Origin: Longimicrobiales bacterium
GTDB lineage: Bacteria; Gemmatimonadota; Gemmatimonadetes; Longimicrobiales; RSA9
Assembly (NCBI GenBank): GCA_035461085.1
Contig: DATHVW010000018.1
Coordinates: 8,387-72,386, forward strand
DNA: 64,000 nucleotides
Direction: 5' to 3'
In this document: positions 18,205 through 27,364 of the stretch, piece by piece
Position numbering within the stretch: the stretch's first letter is position 1
Layout: every line of letters starts with the position of its first letter
Made by a program: the position numbers and the translations under genes
The notes under the pieces: model-generated
The model's input: the letters and a program-made list of their open reading frames with translations, nothing else
Database searches by the model: none
What the model was told of the DNA's origin: nothing

Positions 18205-18723
18205 ATGACGACCATCGCCAGCAACGCCGATCGCCATCGGACCACCCCGGCCGGCCCGCTACCCCGGAGCCGATTACGCACTGCGACGCCCGCCGCGGTC
18301 CTGCCATCGGCCGTGCGCCTGAACGTCGCGCTCGGCGTGCTGCGGGGGATCGCCGGGGTCGTGTTCGTCGCGCACGGCGCGCAGAAGCTGTTCGTCTTTG
18401 GCCTGGTGGGCGTGACGGGTGCATTCGAGGGGATGGGCGTGCCGCTGGCCGGGATCGCGGGCCCCGCCGTTGCCCTGCTGGAGTTCTTCGGCGGTCTGGC
18501 GCTGATCGCGGGGCTGTTCACGCGTCTGACGGCCGCGGGCCTGGCGATCACGATGCTGGGTGCGGCGCTACTGGTGCACCTGGCTGCGGGCTTTTTCCTG
18601 CCGAACGGAGTGGAGTTCGTGCTGACGCTCTTCGGTGCGGCGGTGGCGCTCGCGCTCACGGGCCCCGGCACGTATTCGCTCGACGCTCTTCTCGCTTGGC
18701 GGCGGGCGCGGGCTGACGTCTGA
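18205..18723 (+). CDS. DoxX family membrane protein
   Basis: Four hydrophobic helices are present, with a DoxX-like FVAHGAQKLF motif. ATG 18205 is preceded by AGGAG. The alternative start at 18118 cannot be excluded. Confidence 0.8.
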   Translation: MTTIASNADRHRTTPAGPLPRSRLRTATPAAVLPSAVRLNVALGVLRGIAGVVFVAHGAQKLFVFGLVGVTGAFEGMGVPLAGIAGPAVALLEFFGGLALIAGLFTRLTAAGLAITMLGAALLVHLAAGFFLPNGVEFVLTLFGAAVALALTGPGTYSLDALLAWRRARADV

Positions 18724-18738
18724 TCCGGGGAGTCCGGC

Positions 18739-18774
18739 GTGGGGCGACCGGCCTGAACCCGGCGGTCGCCCCAC
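18739..18774. terminator. Terminator-like hairpin between convergent DoxX and MFS genes
   Basis: 12-bp perfect stem GTGGGGCGACCG / CGGTCGCCCCAC with a 12-nt loop. Confidence 0.45.
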
Positions 18775-18845
18775 TGGCGGGCCGGCGCGCGCGACGAATC
18801 GACTGACCGCGCGTGCTCTGGCGGGGGCCGGAACTGCCGGCACGC

Positions 18846-20129
18846 TCAGGATGATGATCGGGCGAGGCGTGTACGGGTTCGCTCGGATCTGAGCCGCAGC
18901 ATCGCGCGGATCCCCAGCGCAGGGCCGGCCGCCAGGATCACGAATGCCACACCCCAGCCGAACATGCCGGCGAGCTCGACGGTGAGCCAGATCGAGGCGG
19001 CGGTCAGGAGGAAGCCGAGACTCGTCTGGAGTGTCAGAGCGGTTCCGACCGCGTGGGGCGGCGACACCTCGGTGACGAGGGCGGAGAACTGGGCGGAGTC
19101 GGCGACGATGGCGCAGCCCCATACGAGGCCGATAGTCAGGACCAGCCAGGTCGGGCCACCGAGCAGCCAGCCGATCGACAGCGCGCACGTTCCGCTGATG
19201 GCCATGGCGCTGGCAGCGACGTTCTCGCGACCCCACCGGTCCGCCCACGCTCCCGCGACGACCGATCCGATGCCGCCAGCCGCGATGAACGCAAAGCTCG
19301 ACAGGCCGGCGAGCGTGACACTTCTTCCGATCTCGAAGCCGCGGGCGGTGAAGTGTGCAACCATGAAGGCCGAGAGCGTTGCCCAGCACGCATACAGCTC
19401 CCACATGTGCCCGAGATATCCAGCAATCGCGAGCCGCGTTTCGCGATGCCTCACCACGGTTGCGACCAGGCCGAGCGAGAACGGTCGCGCCGGGAACGGG
19501 AACGGCCCATCGCGATAGGCAGCGGCGACGAGTGCAGCGGCCGTCAGCGCGCCGGCCGAGGTGGACAGGATGACGAAGCGGTAATCGAGCGCGGCGAACG
19601 CGCCGATCAGGTAGGGCAGTGCCTTTCCGATAGTCAGTGCTCCCACGACCGTACCGATCGCGAGGCCGCGCGCCGAGCGGAACCATGTCGCGGCCATCTT
19701 CATGGCGGGGGGATACACACCGGCCAGGAAGAAGCCGGTCAGAAAGCGCGATACGGCGGCCGCACCGGGCCCGGGCGCGAGGAGGAGTGCGGCGTTGGCC
19801 GCGGCGGCTGCGACCGCACTCACGGCAAAATAGCGCCGGGCCGGGATCACGTCCGCGAGGTTGAGCAGCGCGGCAACGGCGGTGCCCGCGACGAATCCGA
19901 TCTGGACGGCGGTGGTGAGGAATGCGGCGTCGCCGGGCGCGAGTGACCACAGCGCCGCGAGCTGGGCGGCCGTGGCGCTGGCGGTGAACCACAGCGACAT
20001 GCCGAGCAGCTGGCCGAAGGACAGCACGGCAAGAATGACCCAGCGCCGCGACGACTCCTCCGGCACGATGGGATCTGCCCCGTCACGGGGCGGGGCAGTT
20101 ATGCCGGCTGCGGGTGGTGATTCAGGCAT
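18846..20129 (-). CDS. MFS transporter
   Basis: About 12 hydrophobic helices across the length, with an MFS-like layout. The start at ATG 20129 (MPESPP) is my choice. ORF-track 20240 is possible. Confidence 0.8.
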   Translation of the reverse strand: MPESPPAAGITAPPRDGADPIVPEESSRRWVILAVLSFGQLLGMSLWFTASATAAQLAALWSLAPGDAAFLTTAVQIGFVAGTAVAALLNLADVIPARRYFAVSAVAAAAANAALLLAPGPGAAAVSRFLTGFFLAGVYPPAMKMAATWFRSARGLAIGTVVGALTIGKALPYLIGAFAALDYRFVILSTSAGALTAAALVAAAYRDGPFPFPARPFSLGLVATVVRHRETRLAIAGYLGHMWELYACWATLSAFMVAHFTARGFEIGRSVTLAGLSSFAFIAAGGIGSVVAGAWADRWGRENVAASAMAISGTCALSIGWLLGGPTWLVLTIGLVWGCAIVADSAQFSALVTEVSPPHAVGTALTLQTSLGFLLTAASIWLTVELAGMFGWGVAFVILAAGPALGIRAMLRLRSERTRTRLARSSS

Positions 20130-20214
20130 GGCTGCTGATGATGCGTGCCGCGGCCCGAAATGGGAATGGTCCTTGCTCTTTACAGGCGCCAACGATCCCT
20201 CTTCGGGAGGACCC

Positions 20215-20496
20215 ATGAGCGATTTCAAGAAGCCGGGCACTGCCCCGGAGTTCGATACAGAGGAAGGCCTGTCCCTGGCACTGTCCTATCTCGAGGACCC
20301 CTCGGACGTGCCCTGTCCGAAATGCGGGCCGGACAGCATCGAGGTCGTCTGCTACCTCGACGCGCGCAACATGGAGAACGGCCGCGTGGTGCCCACGGCG
20401 CCCGAGGACGACTACACCGTCGTACTGTACTGCCATACGTGCGGCAGGGCGGCGGCGCTGGATCTGAGCCGCGAGGAGCGCCGCGACGCGGCCTGA
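20215..20496 (+). CDS. Small zinc-ribbon hypothetical protein (93 aa)
   Basis: ATG 20215 is preceded by GGGAGG. It has CPKC...CHTC paired cysteine motifs and high third-position GC. Confidence 0.6.
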   Translation: MSDFKKPGTAPEFDTEEGLSLALSYLEDPSDVPCPKCGPDSIEVVCYLDARNMENGRVVPTAPEDDYTVVLYCHTCGRAAALDLSREERRDAA

Positions 20497-20521
20497 TCCG
20501 CAGTCGGTTCGCAAACGTAAC

Positions 20522-20553
20522 GGGGCCGCAGGCAGCAGACTGTCCGCGGCCCC
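20522..20553. terminator. Terminator-like hairpin in convergent gap
   Basis: 8-bp stem GGGGCCGC / GCGGCCCC with a 16-nt loop. Confidence 0.35.
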
Positions 20554-20568
20554 GGCGCATTCTGCCGG

Positions 20569-21861
20569 TCAGAAGAAAAAGACCACCCCGTCGGATCCCG
20601 TGAAACGCGGGTTGACGACGTTGTTGAAGATGGACCCGAATCGATAGCTGATGCCGCCACTGACGAAGAAGCGGTAATCCGTCGCCAGCTCCCGCTGGCG
20701 CAGCAGTACCTCCTCCTGCGTCAGGCCCCCCCGCGCCAGCGCAATCTGGTCCCGCACCAGGGAATAATTGCCGAACACGTTGAACGAGAAGCCCTTGAAG
20801 AGCCTGATGTCGGAGAGCCCTCCGAACAGGGTGATGCTGTACTTGCTGCGGTCGTGCAGGAACTGTGAGCCGTCCACGCTCATGTTGACCGAGCCCCACG
20901 GCTGACGGGTCGAATAGCCGACCGTCAGCGAATGCAGCGGCCGGACCTCCTCGATCTCTCCATAGATCGTGGTGTCGCGGTATTCGAGGGCACGTCCGCC
21001 CGCCGCGTAGAGAGCGGTGAGCTGTCGGCGAGTCGATTCCGAATACGGGAACACATTGAACTCGATGGCCGGCGTAATCGTGAGCGACAGCGACGTGTTG
21101 CCGAACGTGGATGTGCTCGCGGTGGTGCGCGCGCCGATCGACATGTGATCGCCGAGACTCTTCACCACGAGAGAGCTGGCGGAATAGTTACGGGTGATGG
21201 ACGTGATGGTCGTATCCCCGACCTCCAGCGGGAACGTGAAGGCCTGCTCCGAATAGCTGCCATTGAGCGAAAGGTTCAGCTTCCACGCTTCCGTGGTCCG
21301 ATTCGCGGAGACACCGCTGGAGAGGCGGTATGCTTCGCGCGAGCTCTCGCCATCCATGTTTCCATTCAGGCTGACGCGGAACGTCCAGAAGTTCCACGGG
21401 TCGCGCTGCGGCACTTCCGGCGCCGCCTCGGTGGCAGGCTGATCGGGCAGTGTGATGGTGAGGCGGTGTCCGAGCGGGGAGCCGGAAACGAAAGGCACGA
21501 GCCCGAGCTTGATCGTCTGGGCGAGTCCCCGCCGCGCGATCTCCTCCGTGTCGTCGGCGGCAGTGCTGTACACGAGTGTGTCGGTCCGACCGGCGAAGGC
21601 GCGCAGGCCGATGAACTCGAGCGTGTAGCGCCGTCCGCCGCCGCCCGTGCCCTGGGCGGTCGCCAGGATGTGGACATCGGCATCGGCCCGGTCGCGCATG
21701 TAGTCCACCCAGCCGATCTCCGTACGAAGGAAGTCCATGTCGCAGTGGAAGCTGCAGTCCACGAAGACGCGCAGGGGATCGGTGTCGGATTGCTGGGCGG
21801 CGGCAGTGCCGGATAACGCCAGCAGCGCGAGGGCGGCGAAGGCGGTGATGCGTCGGACCAT
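20569..21861 (-). CDS. Putative outer-membrane beta-barrel protein
   Basis: Signal peptide MVRRITAFAALALLALSGTAAA-Q is present. The C-terminal half shows an alternating amphipathic strand pattern. The terminal ...GVVFFF is an aromatic OMP signature. Confidence 0.7.
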   Translation of the reverse strand: MVRRITAFAALALLALSGTAAAQQSDTDPLRVFVDCSFHCDMDFLRTEIGWVDYMRDRADADVHILATAQGTGGGGRRYTLEFIGLRAFAGRTDTLVYSTAADDTEEIARRGLAQTIKLGLVPFVSGSPLGHRLTITLPDQPATEAAPEVPQRDPWNFWTFRVSLNGNMDGESSREAYRLSSGVSANRTTEAWKLNLSLNGSYSEQAFTFPLEVGDTTITSITRNYSASSLVVKSLGDHMSIGARTTASTSTFGNTSLSLTITPAIEFNVFPYSESTRRQLTALYAAGGRALEYRDTTIYGEIEEVRPLHSLTVGYSTRQPWGSVNMSVDGSQFLHDRSKYSITLFGGLSDIRLFKGFSFNVFGNYSLVRDQIALARGGLTQEEVLLRQRELATDYRFFVSGGISYRFGSIFNNVVNPRFTGSDGVVFFF

Positions 21862-22121
21862 GGGGTATACCTCCGAAGTCGGCCCGGGAGCCGGTAGTCG
21901 CACGGGGAGGCGCGGCCTGATGAGGCACGCACACGCGTTTGTGCTGGTCGCGTGAGCTCGGGCAGGAGGTTTCTCGCGGTCGCATCCGAAATGTCTGGTG
22001 CATGCGTCGCGCGGCGCAAGGGTGGTGTGGCCGTCGGCTGGGATCCGGGTGTGTCCGGGCTGCACGCCGTTGCAGCCCCCTTCCGTCGCGGCTTACTTTC
22101 AGGCATCGCGAAAGGTGAGCA

Positions 22122-22403
22122 ATGAGCAAGTTTGCAAAGGGAAAATCCTGGATCGAGCACCGTCTCGATTCCGACCTGGAAGTGGATGGCCGCCACTACA
22201 CGGTGAACCTGCTGGCGCGCAAAGGCACGGGCGTGCAGGGTTTCCGGGTGACGGTCGTATTTCTGCCGCACGATGGCGGCGAAACGGTGGAGCGGGACCT
22301 GCCGAACGCGGCGAGCACTGCCGACGTGCATCGCATCACGCGGGAACTGACGGGTGATGAGCCGCGCCTCGTGACGCTCTGCAGAGAGCCGCAGACTACG
22401 TGA
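22122..22403 (+). CDS. Small hypothetical protein (93 aa), first gene of a coupled operon
   Basis: ATG is preceded by AAGGTGA. Its stop overlaps the next start (GTGA). No known domain. Confidence 0.55.
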   Translation: MSKFAKGKSWIEHRLDSDLEVDGRHYTVNLLARKGTGVQGFRVTVVFLPHDGGETVERDLPNAASTADVHRITRELTGDEPRLVTLCREPQTT

Positions 22404-23230
22404 ACATGCCGGCCCGTTCCGCGCGCGCCAGGTTCGGCGAGGCGGTGCAGAAGCCGGAGGCTGAGATCGACCTGGCCGAGGCAGCCCTGCTGATCGCGGC
22501 GGAGGAGTATCCGCAGCTGGCGCCGGAGCCATACCTGCGGCGTCTCGATGAGCTTGCGGAGCGCGCGCGCGACCGGCTGTGGGATGAGACGGCGCCGATC
22601 GTGATGCTGCAGGAAGTCAGTCGGGTGCTGTTCGAGGAGGAGGGGTTCCGCGGCAATCGCATGGAGTATTACGATCCGCGGAACTCGTTTCTGAACAATG
22701 TCATCGACCGGCGAATGGGCATCCCCATCACACTCAGCATCGTCTATCTGGAAGTCGGCTGGCGTCTCGGCATCCCGCTGCACGGCGTGAACTTCCCGGG
22801 CCATTTCCTCGTGCGTTATGCGGGCGAGGCGGTGCAGCTGCTGGTGGATCCGTTCCAGAGCGGGATGGTGCGCTTCGAGGACGAGTCGCAGGACCTGCTC
22901 GACCACGTGTACGGCGGATCCGTGCGTATGCAGCCGGACTTCCTCCGTGCGGCCGACCGCTGCGACATTCTGGTCCGGCTGCTCTCCAATCTGAAGGCCA
23001 CCTACCTGAACCGCCGCGATGACACGCGTGCACTCGCTGCGATCGAACGGATCCTGCTGGTGCGGCCGGAGTCGGCGGATGACGAACGCGACCGCGGCAT
23101 CGTGCTCACACGGCTGGGTCGCGACCGCGAGGCCGCGGCCGCGCTGAAGCGCTACCTGGATCTCGTGCCGGACGCGCCGGATACCGCGCGCGTCCAGCTG
23201 CTGCTCGATCAGCTGGAGCCGGAGTCGTGA
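22400..23230 (+). CDS. SirB1-like protein (transglutaminase-like fold plus TPR-like C-terminus)
   Basis: Family-typical FLNNVIDRRMGIPITLSIVYLEVGWRLGIPLHGVNFPGHFLVRY is present, followed by a helical repeat region. ATG 22406 is an alternative start. Confidence 0.8.
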   Translation: MNMPARSARARFGEAVQKPEAEIDLAEAALLIAAEEYPQLAPEPYLRRLDELAERARDRLWDETAPIVMLQEVSRVLFEEEGFRGNRMEYYDPRNSFLNNVIDRRMGIPITLSIVYLEVGWRLGIPLHGVNFPGHFLVRYAGEAVQLLVDPFQSGMVRFEDESQDLLDHVYGGSVRMQPDFLRAADRCDILVRLLSNLKATYLNRRDDTRALAAIERILLVRPESADDERDRGIVLTRLGRDREAAAALKRYLDLVPDAPDTARVQLLLDQLEPES

Positions 23231-24327
23231 GCCGGCTTCGCGACCTGCACGATGCAGCCGGCGCCCGCTGGAGTGATGACGCGCCGCCGGTGCCGCGGAA
23301 CTACGGAGACCCGGCTGCCGAATACCATGCGGCATGCAGCGGGGCCGTCGCGGCCGAGCGGAGCGATCGCAGCATCGTGCGCGTGCACGGGCGTGACCCG
23401 GTGAAGATGATTCAGGGCCTGATCTCCAACGACATCGTGAATGCGCCGGCGGGCCGGGCGGTATACGCCGCGGTGCTCACGCCGAAGGGGAAAATGGTGG
23501 CGGACGTGCGCGTGCTGCGTCACGGTCCGGACCTGCTGCTGGAAACGGACGCCGGTGCGGCCGAGGGTCTGATGCAGCACCTGCGCAAGTTCGTTCCGCC
23601 GCTGTTCGCGAAGTTCGAGGATGCAGATGCCGCGTGGGGCGAGCTGGGCGTGTACGGTCCGGATGCGCGCGCAGTCGTGGCCGAGGTACTGGGCATCGCT
23701 CTCCCCGGCGAATCGGCGCAGGACGATGTGCATGCGGGCGCACTGGATGACGCGCCATTGATCGCGATCGCGACATCGTACTTCGGTGTGCCGGGCTTCG
23801 ATGTGCTGGTGCCGGCGCCAGCGCTGGAGGCGGTGTGGCGGGCGCTGGTATCGGCGGGAGCGCGTCCCGTGGGGCACGCGACGCTGGATGTGCTGCGCAT
23901 CGAGGCGGGCAGTCCGCGCTGGGGAGCCGAGCTGACCGACACCACGATTCCGCTCGAGGCGGGCCTGCGCGAGCGCGCGATCAGCGAGACGAAGGGCTGC
24001 TACACGGGGCAGGAGGTGATCATACGCATCCTGCATCGCGGTCACGTGAACTGGGTGCTGCGGCACATCCTGCTGGGGGACGCGACCGCGCCGGCACCGG
24101 ATGCGCCCCTGGTGCGCGCGGAAGACGGCAGGAGCGTCGGCCGCATTACGAGCGCCGCCTGGTCGCCGCGCTTCGGCCAGACCATCGCACTCGGGTATGT
24201 GCGGCGCGAAGTGGAGCCGGGCGCGAAGCTGCACCTCGAGTCCGCGGACGGCCCCGTGGTTACGGTCGAGGTCGCCGGCAGCGCGTCCGCAACAGCACCC
24301 GGAGGAGGACATGGAAGCAGCCCGTGA
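23227..24327 (+). CDS. ygfZ: Folate-binding YgfZ/GcvT-like protein
   Basis: GcvT-like N-terminus is present, with the signature ETKGCYTGQEVIIRILHRG (K-G-C-Y-x-G-Q-E). Confidence 0.82.
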   Translation: MSRLRDLHDAAGARWSDDAPPVPRNYGDPAAEYHAACSGAVAAERSDRSIVRVHGRDPVKMIQGLISNDIVNAPAGRAVYAAVLTPKGKMVADVRVLRHGPDLLLETDAGAAEGLMQHLRKFVPPLFAKFEDADAAWGELGVYGPDARAVVAEVLGIALPGESAQDDVHAGALDDAPLIAIATSYFGVPGFDVLVPAPALEAVWRALVSAGARPVGHATLDVLRIEAGSPRWGAELTDTTIPLEAGLRERAISETKGCYTGQEVIIRILHRGHVNWVLRHILLGDATAPAPDAPLVRAEDGRSVGRITSAAWSPRFGQTIALGYVRREVEPGAKLHLESADGPVVTVEVAGSASATAPGGGHGSSP

Positions 24328-24568
24328 AGCGCGCCGCGCACTGAACCGGTTGAATCGGGCGGTCGAGAAAGCAGGGTCGGAGCTGGACGCCGTGGCTGGC
24401 GCGCTTCGTCACGCGGAGGCCGGAGACTTCCCGGCCGGCGAGTTCGAGGCCGCCGCGGATCATCTGCGCAGTGTAGTCCGTTTCGTGGAAGAGCAGGAGC
24501 AGCGGTTGCAGGAGAAGATCCTGCATTCCGGCGGGATCGAGCCCGGCAGGGTGAGGCGCGGCACGTGA
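24311..24568 (+). CDS. Small helical hypothetical protein (85 aa)
   Basis: ATG 24311 is preceded by GGAGGAGG. It overlaps the ygfZ-like end by 17 nt, and its stop overlaps the next start (GTGA). Confidence 0.5.
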   Translation: MEAAREARRALNRLNRAVEKAGSELDAVAGALRHAEAGDFPAGEFEAAADHLRSVVRFVEEQEQRLQEKILHSGGIEPGRVRRGT

Positions 24569-24957
24569 GCGAGTTCAATCTCTTCGTCTATGGCACTCTG
24601 CGCGGGGGGCCCGCCGTCGGCGGCGCGGCCGGGCGTTTGAGCGACTGCGTCAAGCTGGGCGAAGGCACCATAGGCGGGACGCTCTATGACGTGGACGGCC
24701 GCTTCCCCGCGCTCGTTCACTACGGCAGCGATCCGGTGCAGGGGGAAGTCTGGCGCTGCCCCGCGGAGCTGCTGCTGGAGCTCGATGCGTACGAGGGCAC
24801 GGCATCGGGTCTGTTCCGGCGCATTGCGACGGAGATCGAGCTCGCCAGCGGCGAGTCCGTGCCGTGTTGGGTATACACGGCCGGGCCGGCACTCTCGCGG
24901 CAGCTCACGCCCGAGCATCGCGTGGCTTCCGGGAGCTGGCGTCCCCGCACGACGTGA
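24565..24957 (+). CDS. Gamma-glutamylcyclotransferase (AIG2/GGCT-like) family protein
   Basis: FVYGTLRGG N-terminus, GTLYDVDGRFPAL, VQGEVW and LDAYEG motifs are present. Confidence 0.82.
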   Translation: MSEFNLFVYGTLRGGPAVGGAAGRLSDCVKLGEGTIGGTLYDVDGRFPALVHYGSDPVQGEVWRCPAELLLELDAYEGTASGLFRRIATEIELASGESVPCWVYTAGPALSRQLTPEHRVASGSWRPRTT

Positions 24958-25092
24958 GCAGCGGCCCGCCGGCGTCAGACCCGCGTTCGCCCCGCGGAAA
25001 TCGCGTTGTAACCGCGTGCACGCATATATTGCACAGCTGCTGCTGAACCGGACATTCGGAATCCGCGTACCAAACCGACGAAGGGAACGGGA

Positions 25093-26052
25093 ATGGGACT
25101 CGATTCGGCGCCTGCACTCGAGCTGAGCGGTGTCTCGAAGAGCTACGACTCGTTCCAGGCGGTGAAGCCGCTGGATTTGGTCGTGCCGCGAGGCGCCACG
25201 TATGGACTGCTCGGGCCGAACGGCGCGGGCAAGACGACGACGATCCGGATGGCCCTGCGGATCATTCAGCCGGACGCGGGCGAGATCCGCATCCTGGGCA
25301 ATCCTCTGTCACAGGACGGCCTCGACCGCATCGGCTACCTGCCGGAGGAACGCGGTGTCTACCGCCGCATGAAGGTGCGCAAGCTGCTGTCGTTCTTCGC
25401 GGAGCTGAAGGGTGTGAGCACGCGCGAGTCGCGCCCGCGCATCGACGAATGGCTCGAGCGCATGGAGCTGACGGACCGTGCGGACGCGAAGGTGCAGGAG
25501 CTGTCGAAGGGGATGCAGCAGAAGATCCAGTTCATCGGATCCATCCTGCACGACCCCGAGATCGTGATCCTCGACGAGCCGTTCAGCGGTCTCGACCCGA
25601 TCAACCAGCGCGTGCTGCGCGAGATCATCACGGAGCTGAAGCAGAAGGGTCGCACGATCATCTTCAGCACGCACATCATCGAGCACGCGGAGCGGATCTG
25701 CGATCACGTGTGCATCATCGCGCGCGGCGTGAAGGTGGCGGACGGCACGATTCCGGAGGTCAAGCGCGCGCATGGCAGCGAGTACATCGCATTGCGGCTC
25801 GATAAGCCGGATGCCGAAGTCGGCACGATGGTCCGCCGCCTCGGTGAAGTCGCGCAGGTGCGCGAGCAGGGGAACGAGCTGGAAGTCTCACTGCGTGCGG
25901 GCGCCGACCCGCAGTCCCTGCTGGAGCAGCTGGTCCGGTCCGGCGTGCGGCTGCGCCGCTTCGAGGTAGCGGAGCCGACGCTCGAGCAGATCTTCATCGA
26001 ACGCGTCGGCGCACAGACCGCGCAGATGCAGGAGGAGCTCGTCCATGTCTAG
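25093..26052 (+). CDS. ABC transporter ATP-binding protein (ABC-2/NatA-like)
   Basis: Walker A GPNGAGKTT, signature LSKGMQQK and Walker B IVILDEP are present. Confidence 0.92.
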   Translation: MGLDSAPALELSGVSKSYDSFQAVKPLDLVVPRGATYGLLGPNGAGKTTTIRMALRIIQPDAGEIRILGNPLSQDGLDRIGYLPEERGVYRRMKVRKLLSFFAELKGVSTRESRPRIDEWLERMELTDRADAKVQELSKGMQQKIQFIGSILHDPEIVILDEPFSGLDPINQRVLREIITELKQKGRTIIFSTHIIEHAERICDHVCIIARGVKVADGTIPEVKRAHGSEYIALRLDKPDAEVGTMVRRLGEVAQVREQGNELEVSLRAGADPQSLLEQLVRSGVRLRRFEVAEPTLEQIFIERVGAQTAQMQEELVHV

Positions 26053-27358
26053 GATGGTGCCCGTAATCAAGCGCGAGTTCACGGAAGCGGTGGGCTCGAA
26101 GGCGTTCGTCATCGGCACGATCCTCGGGCCGCTGCTGATCTTCGGCCTCTTCGGCCTGCAGTTCCTCGTACTCGCGAAGGCAGGCGGCGGCGAGCATCGC
26201 ATTGCACTGATCGATGCAACGGACCGCGGCGTCGGCGAGCGCGTGGTGCAGCAGATAAATGAACGGGATCGCGGTCCGTCCTTCATCGAGCGCGCCACGT
26301 ACACGCTAACCGTAGAGCCGGCCACGGTCGCCGCCAAAGACGAAGTGATTCGCGCGGCGTCGGAGCGCGTCGTCGCAAAGGAGCTGGATGGATTCCTGTG
26401 GATCCCGCCGGACGTGCTCACGGGCGCGACTGTCGAGTACGAAGGCAGCAACGCCACCAACACGCAGGTGACGGGTGAGCTGCAGCGCGCGGTGCAGCGC
26501 ATCGTGCAGTCGGAGCGCCTGCGCACGGAGGGTATCGACGAAGATCGGCTAGGCGGCGCGCTCGAGGCGGTACCGATGAACGTCGTGAAGACGGGCGAGC
26601 GCGGTCAGGTCGGCAATCCCGAAGCCGCGATGCTGCTGGCGTTCGGGATGGCGTTCGCGATCTACATCGTGGTCATCATGTACGGCCAGTCGATCATGAC
26701 CAGCGTTCAGGAGGAGAAGCGCGACCGCATCGTCGAGCTGATCGTGAGCAGCGTACGCGCGCGTGATCTGCTCATCGGCAAGGTGGTCGGCATCGGTGCG
26801 GCGGGCGTCCTGCAGATGCTCATCTGGGTCGCGGCGGCAGGGCTGCTGCTGACGCAGGGCGCACTCATCGCCGGCGCCATGGGAGCGAGCGAGTCGACAC
26901 TCGAATCGCTGTCGCAGGGGTCGGCCCTGCCGAGCGTGCCGCTCAGCGTCGGCGTCGCGTTCGTGCTCTATTTCGCCGGCGGGTTCCTGCTCTTTGCGAC
27001 GCTGTTCGCGATCATTGGTGCGATCGTGACGAACTCGCAGGAAGCGCAGCAGTTCGTGTTCCCGGTGCTGATGCCGTTCGTGCTCGGTCTGTTCATCGCA
27101 ATGGCTGCGGCGCAGAACCCGAACAGCAGCGTCGCGGTGATCGGCTCGATCGTACCGTTCACGTCGCCCATGGTGATGCCGGTGCGCATCAGCGTTGCGG
27201 GCGTGGACTGGGTGCAGATGGGAATATCGCTGGTCCTGCTGTTCGCAACCGCCGCCGCGATCATCTGGCTGGCCGCGAAGATCTACCGAGTGGCGATCTT
27301 CGCGACCGGCCAGAAGCCGACGGGCAGGGAGATCATGCGCTGGATGAAGGCGGCCTGA
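26045..27358 (+). CDS. ABC-2 type transporter permease (NatB-like)
   Basis: One N-terminal TM helix, a large extracytoplasmic loop, then ~5 C-terminal TM helices. Overlaps the ATPase gene by 8 nt. Confidence 0.85.
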   Translation: MSRMVPVIKREFTEAVGSKAFVIGTILGPLLIFGLFGLQFLVLAKAGGGEHRIALIDATDRGVGERVVQQINERDRGPSFIERATYTLTVEPATVAAKDEVIRAASERVVAKELDGFLWIPPDVLTGATVEYEGSNATNTQVTGELQRAVQRIVQSERLRTEGIDEDRLGGALEAVPMNVVKTGERGQVGNPEAAMLLAFGMAFAIYIVVIMYGQSIMTSVQEEKRDRIVELIVSSVRARDLLIGKVVGIGAAGVLQMLIWVAAAGLLLTQGALIAGAMGASESTLESLSQGSALPSVPLSVGVAFVLYFAGGFLLFATLFAIIGAIVTNSQEAQQFVFPVLMPFVLGLFIAMAAAQNPNSSVAVIGSIVPFTSPMVMPVRISVAGVDWVQMGISLVLLFATAAAIIWLAAKIYRVAIFATGQKPTGREIMRWMKAA

Positions 27359-27364
27359 CCGCGG

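Noticed and set aside
25000-25092. Promoter-like TTGTAA ... TATATT upstream of the ABC ATPase gene
   Set aside because: The spacing between the hexamers is ~13 nt, too short for a sigma70-type promoter, and no supporting palindrome or conservation can be assessed.
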